From IMG/VR virus record IMGVR_UViG_3300030117_007612, positions 128,001-192,000 of that record: 64,000 bases of DNA. One strand, 5' to 3'. The translations under genes and the position numbers were made by a program. Numbering within the stretch: the stretch's first letter is position 1; the number at the start of each line of letters is the position of its first letter. This DNA comes from a virus. Taxonomy: Duplodnaviria; Caudoviricetes. Shown in pieces: positions 39,901 through 47,041 of this stretch. The notes below the pieces were generated by a model. That model saw only the letters and a list, made by a program, of their open reading frames with translations, had not been told where the DNA came from and ran no database searches.

Positions 39901-40414
39901 AGGCGGGGCACTTGATAACCTTATGGACGAGAGATTCACAGGCAGAAAGCACTTCTGGTCAGCATGTGTGGTTGACAGACCAAAGAATCTTAAGAAGCTT
40001 GGCGAAAATATAGAAACATATCGACCCGAAGGTGATTTTAGCGAAGAGGAGATTATACAATTTAAAACCGATTTGACGGGCATATTCCCAATCAATCTTG
40101 TAATCGGTGCTGACACAATTGAGCGACTCAATGAGAAATTTGTCCCACCAATTTCTGAGTTCGACGAAGATCTTCAGGTGTGTTGGTTTATACCTCGAAA
40201 AATTATACCAAGAAAAACAAAGAATGGCAAACTGTATTGGATTGTTGAAGTTATCGACAGCAACAATAATTTGACAAAGATTCGCTGTTGGGGAGTGAAG
40301 CCCGAAAAAGATAAGATTAATTTAAATCGACCTTACATGGCGAGATTAAATTACGATGAAAATTGGGGCTTTTCAACCTACGCGATTGGCAAAACATTTA
40401 GACTATTAGCATAA
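36980..40414 (+). CDS. dnaE: DNA polymerase III alpha subunit (PHP + family C)
   Basis: FVGLHAHS, ALTDHGNM, GPGRGSAAGSLVAY, YPDIDYD, SRHAGGVV, KFDLLGL, FQEQI, YGFNKSHAVSY. Confidence 0.97.
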   Translation: MKNRTNSEIKFVGLHAHSVAGSLFDAIGYPQAHMDFAYDNGCDALALTDHGNMNGLAYQVLHAKKMQEAGKKFKPIFGCEAYFTPSISEWREAYEQAMEDKKAARSIKKDEQSGATVEDEGNSKKTQDILRRRRHLVLLAQNQTGLNNLFKLVSESYKAENFYRYPRIDYALLKKYNEGIIASSACLGGVYAGNYWENREEGPEAVLDAMRESTRRMVDIFGDRWYAEIQWNNINEQHELNQFVIQVAQEFGVGLITTADSHYPNPDAWKDRELYKRLGWLGKGRPSWADEESELPDGVEEIGYELYPKNGDQIWQSYKDYSKSTGFEYDDDVVLSSIQETHRIAFDRIEDFLPDNTVRLPEFVVPAGFTATQALVNFALEGLKERGLHKNKKYTDRLKMELNTIDERGFSKYFLTMKSIADVAASMMLAGPGRGSAAGSLVAYALGITQIDPIKHGLLFSRFLRSDATDYPDIDYDVSDSMALKERLVEMWGEDCVAPISNWNTLQLKSLIKDISKLYGIPFTEVNTVTSVMIREATPEAKRKHGVRAGVYNPTWEEVMEFSPSLQAYLQKYPAVKSHVEGLVGQVRSCSRHAGGVVIAEDLDQSMPLINSGGVRQAPWSEGQNVRHLEPMGFIKFDLLGLSTLKMMEGCIEHILRRHHNIENPTFEDVSNYYAENLHPDVLNFDNQEVYENIFHAGKWAGIFQFTEQGAQKFCTRVKPRNIIDLSAITSIYRPGPLAAGVHDEYLEAKENPQYIKYLTDEARDITQETFGFLIFQEQIALLANKLGGLSLDEGNMLRKVLTKKGTGKGGVKDQLRIKFTSGCAKKDIRLDDATSLWNKFEYFSGYGFNKSHAVSYSVISFQCAWLWNYYPAEWMAAFLDKEPEVRKEKAINIAQKYGFDIAPLDINKSGTVWEISDDGKTLIQPLTSIKGLGLSAIEQILNCRPFNDAESLLFNDEVVYSKLNKKSLDALCRGGALDNLMDERFTGRKHFWSACVVDRPKNLKKLGENIETYRPEGDFSEEEIIQFKTDLTGIFPINLVIGADTIERLNEKFVPPISEFDEDLQVCWFIPRKIIPRKTKNGKLYWIVEVIDSNNNLTKIRCWGVKPEKDKINLNRPYMARLNYDENWGFSTYAIGKTFRLLA

Positions 40415-40423
40415 GGAGAAACA

Positions 40424-40573
40424 ATGTCGTCTAAGAAAAATCATGATAGAAAAAACAACAAGAAGAAAAAGAAGACAAGCATCGGCTCAAGTCAATTAAC
40501 AAAATATGGCACACCCGGGCCCCATGGTGGTAACAAGAAATACAAAAAGAGGTACCGAGGCCAAGGAAAATGA
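40424..40573 (+). CDS. 49-aa highly basic peptide ending KKYKKRYRGQGK (not in ORF track)
   Basis: SD AAGGAG; own translation MSSKKNHDRKNNKKKKKTSIGSSQLTKYGTPGPHGGNKKYKKRYRGQGK. Confidence 0.8.
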   Translation: MSSKKNHDRKNNKKKKKTSIGSSQLTKYGTPGPHGGNKKYKKRYRGQGK

Positions 40574-40695
40574 GAGGCCTTAAGGACAGAATTACTTCAT
40601 CTTTTATATTTGCATATGTCGCCGCGGCGGTTATATTAGGAATAGGAATAGAAATAATTGCTGAAAATTTTAGAAATGCCAAGGAGGCAAAATGA
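40570..40695 (+). CDS. 41-aa single-pass membrane peptide (not in ORF track)
   Basis: MRGLKDRITSSFIFAYVAAAVILGIGIEIIAENFRNAKEAK; ATGA overlaps at both ends. Confidence 0.7.
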   Translation: MRGLKDRITSSFIFAYVAAAVILGIGIEIIAENFRNAKEAK

Positions 40696-41186
40696 ATGAT
40701 AAAACACAGAAGATCATGTTCAGCTCAAAGTCAAACGAATGGGAGACTCCGAAAGATTTTTTTGAAAAACTAAATTGGAGATTTGGGCCCTTCACCCTTG
40801 ATCCGTGCGCTAGCGAGGAGACTGCTAAGTGTGTAAAATATTACACTGCCAATGATGACGGACTTAGCAAAGATTGGGAAAATAACACGGTTTTTGTAAA
40901 CCCACCCTACGGCAGGGAAATCAACAGTTGGATCAAGAAAGCTTTTGACGAGAGCAAAAATGAAAACACAACAGTTGTAATGTTAATCCCTGCGAGAACG
41001 GATACTCGATACTGGCATGATTATGTGATGAAGGCAAAGGAAGTACACTTTGTTAAAGGCCGGCTCAAATTTGGCGACTCAAGTAATTCAGCGCCATTTC
41101 CATCGGCAGTCGTGGTGTTCAGCAACACCGCCGACTCCGGAAGCAACTACGGCGATTATCCTAAAACATATACGATGAGTCGCTGA
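40692..41186 (+). CDS. Phage DNA N6-adenine methyltransferase
   Basis: WETP..FTLDPCAS, VFVNPPYG, VMLIPARTDT, KGRLKF..APFPS. Confidence 0.9.
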   Translation: MNDKTQKIMFSSKSNEWETPKDFFEKLNWRFGPFTLDPCASEETAKCVKYYTANDDGLSKDWENNTVFVNPPYGREINSWIKKAFDESKNENTTVVMLIPARTDTRYWHDYVMKAKEVHFVKGRLKFGDSSNSAPFPSAVVVFSNTADSGSNYGDYPKTYTMSR

Positions 41187-41191
41187 TTGTA

Positions 41192-41899
41192 ATGTCTTTT
41201 GTTTCGCAGAATCACAAGTTGTGCTTCATACACGTTCCAAAAGCCGGCGGCAGCAGTATATCTGAGGCGTTAAAAAAATCCGTGCCGGCTGTAATTTATT
41301 CACGTAAACGACAATTTGGATCTGAATACCCGGATCCTTATCGTTGGTCGGGTAGTGGCCATCATACAATTCTTGATTATCAACAAGAATTTAAAAGATC
41401 GCCCGACTGGTCCTTTGCGATTATTAGAAATCCCTATGAGAGATGCGTGTCCGCATTTATGGTGCATTCTGATTATGGAAAGAAATATTATTCACAAGGT
41501 GCTACTGATGAAAGAATGTTGCATGAATGGGAAAAATATTTGATATTTTGTGAAAACTGGAACAAATCAAGGTCAAAAATTTTCCGGCGCAATAATAGTA
41601 CGTTGGATTCATCTTATGGATTCTTTCATTCTGGCCCGGCAATTCATATGCTGCCATCTCATTATATGATATCAATCGAGGATAAAATTGCAGTCAACAA
41701 ATTGGTGGCTATGAGGGATATACATAAAATACCATCAATCGTTGAACATCATACGGGAATTAAAATTTTTAATATTCTTCACGAGAACAAATCTGATTCA
41801 AAAAACTTTTATGATTTATTTTTAACTAATGAAAATAAAAGAATCATTGAAAGGATTTATGGGAAAGATTTTGAACTTTACGAGAGAGCACATGAATAG
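41192..41899 (+). CDS. Sulfotransferase family 2 protein
   Basis: FIHVPKAGGSSI and FAIIRNPYERCVS PAPS-binding motifs. Confidence 0.8.
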   Translation: MSFVSQNHKLCFIHVPKAGGSSISEALKKSVPAVIYSRKRQFGSEYPDPYRWSGSGHHTILDYQQEFKRSPDWSFAIIRNPYERCVSAFMVHSDYGKKYYSQGATDERMLHEWEKYLIFCENWNKSRSKIFRRNNSTLDSSYGFFHSGPAIHMLPSHYMISIEDKIAVNKLVAMRDIHKIPSIVEHHTGIKIFNILHENKSDSKNFYDLFLTNENKRIIERIYGKDFELYERAHE

Positions 41900-42137
41900 A
41901 GCACAAAAAAGAAAACTTAAAAAGCAGGCAAAGAATAGTGAGATGCTAGCCGAACAGATGAGCCTTTTTGAGAAATTACCAATTAAATGTAATGTTTGTG
42001 AAAAATCATTTGACAAAACCGATAGAGAAATGGTATTCTCTTGGAAGGTTGTCGTGAAAGAAAAGGAACAGGTCGTCAGACTATTTTGCCCCGACTGTCA
42101 TGACATTGCAACAAAGGTTGTAAACAATGCTGATTGA
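41892..42137 (+). CDS. Small Zn-ribbon protein
   Basis: MNRAQKRK start; CNVC and CPDC. Confidence 0.7.
   Translation: MNRAQKRKLKKQAKNSEMLAEQMSLFEKLPIKCNVCEKSFDKTDREMVFSWKVVVKEKEQVVRLFCPDCHDIATKVVNNAD
42010..42039 (+). promoter_or_regulatory. Possible internal sigma70 promoter
   Basis: TTGACA-N18-TATTCT with TG extension. Confidence 0.4.
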
Positions 42138-42486
42138 AAATTTAGATTTAAAAACATTTAAAAACTTAAGAAGTGATGGCACCCCTTCCCTAATAAAGTT
42201 TTATAGCAATGGTTGTCACTATTGTCACAAGTTGTCCGGCCTATTGGAAGGCATTGCGGAAAATTTTCCAGATTTAAAATTCTACAAAATCAACATTGAC
42301 AAATATCCAACAATGCCCAAGGCACTAGGCTTCAGCGGTGTGCCGACAATATTGCTTTATAATGTTGTTCCGAACAAAAAATATTATTTTTTTGAAGAAC
42401 CAGATTTTCCAAACAACCACACATGGTATAGCAAACTATACATCGAAAGAAATATAAAAAAATATTATGGAGAAATACAAAAATGA
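42127..42486 (+). CDS. Thioredoxin
   Basis: IKFYSNGCHYC, FYKINID, GVPTILL. Confidence 0.85.
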   Translation: MLIENLDLKTFKNLRSDGTPSLIKFYSNGCHYCHKLSGLLEGIAENFPDLKFYKINIDKYPTMPKALGFSGVPTILLYNVVPNKKYYFFEEPDFPNNHTWYSKLYIERNIKKYYGEIQK

Positions 42487-42722
42487 AATTAAATTTATAT
42501 TACGCTGCAACAAACCACTACCGCTCAAAAGCACAAGAAGCTTTGGTCGCACTGGAGCTGTTCTTCAATGATCCGACAGCAGTTAGCGGACATACAGATT
42601 ATGTTGCAGAAATCCAAAAATGGACCAACACTTTAACTGACTGTGAACGCGCCTTGGAAACTCTTAACAAGTACTTCGGCGCACAAGTAGAGGCGGCTCA
42701 AAACCCGCCACAGGACGATTAA
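42483..42722 (+). CDS. Hypothetical protein
   Basis: 79-aa helical ORF with overlapping start. Confidence 0.65.
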   Translation: MKLNLYYAATNHYRSKAQEALVALELFFNDPTAVSGHTDYVAEIQKWTNTLTDCERALETLNKYFGAQVEAAQNPPQDD

Positions 42723-43759
42723 TGAAACTCACAGAGTGTTTAAGTTATGATGATGTCTTGTTGGTGCCTCAGTACTCTGACATTCAATCTAGATCTGAAA
42801 TTAACATCGGCGTGAATCTCGACGGGCATCATGTTTTTTCACTGCCAATAGTTGCCTCACCGATGGATACGGTTACTGAGGCGGCCATGGCCATTAAGAT
42901 GGGCAAACTTGGAGGCATGGCTATCCTACATCGATATAATACCATTGAGGAACAAGTCGAATTAGTAAGAAACGTACGCGCAGAACTCCCGGCAGATTTG
43001 CCAGTGGCTGCAGCAGTCGGTGTTACTGGTGATTATCTTGAACGCGCCACCGCTATAGTTGATAATGGCGCCAGCATATTATGTCTAGATATAGCTCATG
43101 GCCACCATTCTTTAATGAAGGATGCGCTGTTTACACTTAAGACAAATTTAAGCGATGATGTACATATTATGGCCGGCAATGTTGCAACAAGGGAAGCCTT
43201 TGAAGACTTGGTAGTCTGGGGCGCAGACAGCGTGCGTGTGGGGATAGGCGGCGGCTCAATATGCTCAACAAGAATACAAACTGGCCATGGAGTATCAACG
43301 CTGCAGTCCATTATAGATTGTTCGAAAGCCAGCCACTCTAGTGGCGTTGCGATTATTGCAGACGGCGGTATTAAGAACTCTGGCGACATGGTAAAAGCTT
43401 TGGCTGCTGGTGCTCACATGGTTATGGTTGGCTCTTTGCTGGCCGGAACAACCGAGACACCGGGAGAGATTATCAAAAACAAGGATGGTAGGGAATACAA
43501 GGTATATCGTGGCATGGCCAGCAAGGAAGCTCAAATGAAGTGGCGTGGTAAGACTAGTTCACTGGAGGGAATCTCAGCATTTGTCGCCAGCAAGGGCCCG
43601 CTAGCGCAGGTCGTCAACGAACTAGAGACGGGCATAAGATCGGGGTTTTCTTATTCGGGCGCCCGCTGCCTGAATGAATTACACGCAAACGTTAAATTCA
43701 TCAAACAAACAAACGCCAGCATCAGTGAAAGCAGCACGCATATTTTGAAGAGTAACTAA
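42722..43759 (+). CDS. guaB: IMP dehydrogenase / GMP reductase family, CBS-less
   Basis: LSYDDVLLVP, SPMDTVTE, DIAHGH, AGNVAT, VGIGGGSICSTR, ADGGI, YRGMAS, EG. Confidence 0.85.
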   Translation: MKLTECLSYDDVLLVPQYSDIQSRSEINIGVNLDGHHVFSLPIVASPMDTVTEAAMAIKMGKLGGMAILHRYNTIEEQVELVRNVRAELPADLPVAAAVGVTGDYLERATAIVDNGASILCLDIAHGHHSLMKDALFTLKTNLSDDVHIMAGNVATREAFEDLVVWGADSVRVGIGGGSICSTRIQTGHGVSTLQSIIDCSKASHSSGVAIIADGGIKNSGDMVKALAAGAHMVMVGSLLAGTTETPGEIIKNKDGREYKVYRGMASKEAQMKWRGKTSSLEGISAFVASKGPLAQVVNELETGIRSGFSYSGARCLNELHANVKFIKQTNASISESSTHILKSN

Positions 43760-44094
43760 TGTCAGATATTGAATATGGCAAGCAACAAAAAAGAATTATA
43801 TTCAACGAGTCGGATCATCGACATGCGAAGCTAAAAATTCAATTGAAGCATGATGGCATGTCCCAAGCGACATTTTTTCGATCAATTATTACAGGCTACC
43901 TCAATAAAGATTCTAGAATTATTGATTTTATTGAGGATTATAGAAAGGAAAACAAAATACAAAGCAAGGACAATATCAAAAAATCAAGAAAATTAATTGA
44001 CGAAGGTATTGAAAATGCGAAAAAATTCTCATTTGAGGATAGTGAAATAGAAAACATATTCGATCTAATAGAAAAGGAGTATCCAGAATTATGA
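43759..44094 (+). CDS. Hypothetical protein
   Basis: Coupled start/stop. Confidence 0.7.
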   Translation: MSDIEYGKQQKRIIFNESDHRHAKLKIQLKHDGMSQATFFRSIITGYLNKDSRIIDFIEDYRKENKIQSKDNIKKSRKLIDEGIENAKKFSFEDSEIENIFDLIEKEYPEL

Positions 44095-44369
44095 ATAAGA
44101 TAGGTGAAATTGTAGCACATTTTTCAAAGAAAAACGACATCATCAACTTTGGTGTCATTGTCAATCAAGAAAAGAGAGAAGAGACCGATTGGATTAAAGT
44201 CAAGTGGACCAACAGAGAATTCAGCCCAGATGACGACATTCTGTCCGAGGAGTTGTGGATCTCAAAAGGTGATGTGGAGATTGTCGAACCGTTTGGCCTG
44301 ATTAGTGATTTGCATTTAGCAATGATTGAGCAGGCTAAGGTACATTTTGTAAGAAATGAAAGGCAATAG
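44091..44369 (+). CDS. Small SH3-like protein
   Basis: KIGEIV..GVIV..IKVKW..VEIV pattern. Confidence 0.5.
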   Translation: MNKIGEIVAHFSKKNDIINFGVIVNQEKREETDWIKVKWTNREFSPDDDILSEELWISKGDVEIVEPFGLISDLHLAMIEQAKVHFVRNERQ

Positions 44370-44628
44370 ATCTGTGGACGGCCTTCGGCCTTGTTCACGA
44401 AAATGTATATCTTCGAAAGTGTCCTGTCCCGCTAAAGACTGCCGGCAGTGGATAGATTATGAGGAAGATTATAACTGTTGTCTCATAACAGTTTTTAATC
44501 ACGGCCCCCTCACCTTAAGAGAGGTTTCTCTAAGAGTTGGTGTCACCTTTGCTAGGATCAAACAAATTGAATCCAAGGCGTTAAAAAAAATTAAAAACAT
44601 TCTATCTGACGAAAACCCGTTTTTTTAG
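44356..44628 (+). CDS. Stand-alone sigma70 region-4 HTH protein with Cys-rich N-terminus
   Basis: PLTLREVSLRVGVTFARIKQIESKALKKI matches sigma region 4.2 (TLEEVG..VTRERIRQIE.KAL). Confidence 0.8.
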   Translation: MKGNRSVDGLRPCSRKCISSKVSCPAKDCRQWIDYEEDYNCCLITVFNHGPLTLREVSLRVGVTFARIKQIESKALKKIKNILSDENPFF

Positions 44629-44646
44629 CTTTTTAAACATGGGGAC

Positions 44647-44654
44647 ACTATTTA
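44647..44654 (+). promoter_or_regulatory. Putative late-promoter motif ACTATTTA
   Basis: 33 nt before ATG 44687. Confidence 0.55.
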
Positions 44655-44686
44655 ATACAGAACACGTTAAAGGAGTTTTAAATATT

Positions 44687-45283
44687 ATGAGTAAAAAGTT
44701 ATTAAGCGAAGCAGAATTTAGAAAATTCGCTAAATTAGCTAATCTCGAAACACTTGCCGAGAAGAAGATTGATGAAATCTATGCGGCAGACGAGGAGCCT
44801 GTTGAGGAAGAAGTTTCATTCGACGATGAGGAGACTCTCGAAGAAGAAGAAGAACTTGAGACCGAGGAGATGGACCTTGATGCCGATCTTGGGGGAATGG
44901 AAGAAGAGCCGCCAGTTGATGATGTGCCTGAGCCTGTGGATGATTTAGATGCAGGTGGTGAGGTTATGCTGTCGACAGAAGATGCTCAAAGCGTTGCCGC
45001 GGCATTGCCGGCAATGGAAAAAATTGCTGCAGCAGTAGGCGAAGGCGAGGATGAATTGCCCGGCGAGCCAGAAGCTGAAGTAGATTTGGATGCGGAACTT
45101 GGAGGGGGTGAGGAAGAAGAAGTTCCCATGCAAGAAGAAGAAAGCGACGAAGTAGAACTCAACGAAGAAGATTTAATCGAAGTTGTAGCCCAACGGGTGG
45201 CACAGCGTCTCCAAAAAGAAAAGAACATGGAAGACGTGGTATCACAACTTGCAGAGAGAATTCTTAAAAAGTTGGAAAATTAA
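44687..45283 (+). CDS. Very acidic probable internal head protein
   Basis: SD AAGGAG; LLSEAEFRKFAKLANL N-terminus; E/D-rich body. Confidence 0.55.
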   Translation: MSKKLLSEAEFRKFAKLANLETLAEKKIDEIYAADEEPVEEEVSFDDEETLEEEEELETEEMDLDADLGGMEEEPPVDDVPEPVDDLDAGGEVMLSTEDAQSVAAALPAMEKIAAAVGEGEDELPGEPEAEVDLDAELGGGEEEEVPMQEEESDEVELNEEDLIEVVAQRVAQRLQKEKNMEDVVSQLAERILKKLEN

Positions 45284-45309
45284 TTTGTCAATCAATTAAC
45301 GTGTTATAG

Positions 45310-45344
45310 ATGCCACTGTTTTTGCTTGACAGTGGCATTTTTTT
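45310..45344 (+). terminator. Intrinsic terminator overlapping a promoter
   Basis: ATGCCACTGT-N10-ACAGTGGCAT-like stem followed by T tract. Confidence 0.8.
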
Positions 45345-45354
45345 ATGATATAAT
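45326..45354 (+). promoter_or_regulatory. Sigma70-type promoter
   Basis: TTGACA-N17-TATAAT (perfect consensus). Confidence 0.85.
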
Positions 45355-45363
45355 GTGCTAGCT

Positions 45364-45747
45364 ATGGAAATGTTTTTATATACTGTTTTGGTTTTTATTT
45401 TTGGTATTGTCACCGCTAAAGTTTTTGGTGGATTATTTTCTCTAGGACTGTCGGTTGCGATCATAAGAAACGCAGTAGAGACCTCTTTGAGGCTGCTGGG
45501 CGCCGCCGCTGTTGATATGGCATACATCAAGCAAATTAAATATAAAACCTTGATAGAGTGCGGCGAGTCAGAGAAAAATATTGACGCGCTTTGCCATATT
45601 CAAGAAGAAGAATTTAGCCGCTGGAAAAGGCAAAGCATTCAGAATATAAAGTCTACCTTATCTGACAGATATGAATTTATGGCCGATTTTAGCGACTGGG
45701 AACAAGCAATGGAGAAGCTGAGTGAGATTTATAAAAAAAACAATTAA
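45364..45747 (+). CDS. Membrane-anchored hypothetical protein
   Basis: Hydrophobic N-terminal ~35 aa; ATG 10 nt after the -10 box. Confidence 0.65.
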   Translation: MEMFLYTVLVFIFGIVTAKVFGGLFSLGLSVAIIRNAVETSLRLLGAAAVDMAYIKQIKYKTLIECGESEKNIDALCHIQEEEFSRWKRQSIQNIKSTLSDRYEFMADFSDWEQAMEKLSEIYKKNN

Positions 45748-46399
45748 AGATATTATAAAAGAAGTATTGGAGGACAACGGAGCCCAAAAGGAAACTAAAG
45801 CTGATGATGAGAAGAAAATATCTATCGTAACAGCCGGCGACTTGTTGGGGGATTTAAAAATAACAGACGACGCAGTACACAGAATCGGGCTATTTTCTGA
45901 TTTAGATGCTGAAAAGACAGCAGACATTGTGTACTCGCTACTACAATTCATGCCAACGGAAAATAAGAAAGAAGAAGAAAGGAAGCCAATCGAATTTCAC
46001 ATTTCAACATACGGCGGCTGCGCTGACGATATGTTTGCAATTTATGATCTTATGAAAAAGGTGCAGGACTTGGAACAAGAGATTCACACCACTGGCTGGG
46101 GCAAGGTTATGTCAGCCGGGGTGCTTCTATTGGCTTCTGGTACAAAGGGTAAGCGCCAAATAGGCAAAAACTGTAGGGTCATGATTCATGCTGTTAATGC
46201 GGGAAATGCTGGCGCCTTGCACGATCTTGTTAACGAGATGGAGGCGATCCAAAACATTCAAGAGATGTACATCGATGCACTTGTTAACGAAACTACGATG
46301 ACAAAAACTCAGCTAAAAAAGCTGATTGAGAAAAAGGTGAATGTTTATTTGTCTGCCGAAGAGGCTGTTGAGTTGGGTATCGCTGACGTGATTGTTTAG
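45722..46399 (+). CDS. clpP: ClpP-like protease
   Basis: ISTYGG, GKVMSAGVLLLASG (Ser), RVMIH (His), YLSAEEAVELGIAD. Confidence 0.85.
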   Translation: MRFIKKTIKDIIKEVLEDNGAQKETKADDEKKISIVTAGDLLGDLKITDDAVHRIGLFSDLDAEKTADIVYSLLQFMPTENKKEEERKPIEFHISTYGGCADDMFAIYDLMKKVQDLEQEIHTTGWGKVMSAGVLLLASGTKGKRQIGKNCRVMIHAVNAGNAGALHDLVNEMEAIQNIQEMYIDALVNETTMTKTQLKKLIEKKVNVYLSAEEAVELGIADVIV

Positions 46400-46405
46400 G
46401 AGGAT

Positions 46406-47041
46406 ATGGCAATGGCAACTATTAAGGGATGGCATGCTTCTTTAATTGTAGATAAGATTAAAAGAACATTTGATGAGAAGGGGTATGTTTTTTTTGACGG
46501 AAATATTTCATGGAACGTTAATATTGTGGGTGTGAGGAATTCAAACCCAAAAGCCAATAGGTTTGATGACATGCTATTGGCTATATACCGCAATGGTCGC
46601 AAAAAATGGGAAGTGCGAACCTATCAAATAACGACGGATCCCGGTAAATACTGGCTAAAGAAGCCGATGAATGTTGCCGGCACAGCAATTGTCGTTCCGA
46701 ATCAATACAGATCAATTTATAAAATTGGCAAGCACAGGGGAGTTTATGAAGCACTTGTGCAAACCGGCGGCCCTATATCTGTATATCGCGACTCAGATAA
46801 GGATGAAATTCTAGACATGGAGCCAGATACAGTAACTAGTGGGTACTATGGAGTGAATATCCATAAATCCGGCCGTGTCGAATCGACTAAGGTAGAAAAA
46901 TGGTCTGCCGGATGTCAAGTTTTTGCGAGAGCTTCTGAGTTCTCTGATTTTATGAAACTAATTAAGAAGTCTGGAAGTTTATATGGTGACACTTTTTCTT
47001 ACACCCTAATTACTGAAGAAGATTGGAGTATGATAGCGTGA
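46406..47041 (+). CDS. L,D-transpeptidase-like cell-wall enzyme (possible endolysin)
   Basis: NIVGVR, TTDPG, GVNIHKS..WSAGCQV (His/Cys YkuD-type motif). Confidence 0.6.
   Translation: MAMATIKGWHASLIVDKIKRTFDEKGYVFFDGNISWNVNIVGVRNSNPKANRFDDMLLAIYRNGRKKWEVRTYQITTDPGKYWLKKPMNVAGTAIVVPNQYRSIYKIGKHRGVYEALVQTGGPISVYRDSDKDEILDMEPDTVTSGYYGVNIHKSGRVESTKVEKWSAGCQVFARASEFSDFMKLIKKSGSLYGDTFSYTLITEEDWSMIA
47005..47012 (+). promoter_or_regulatory. Putative late-promoter motif CCTAATTA (internal to upstream CDS)
   Basis: 26 nt before GTG 47038. Confidence 0.45.
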
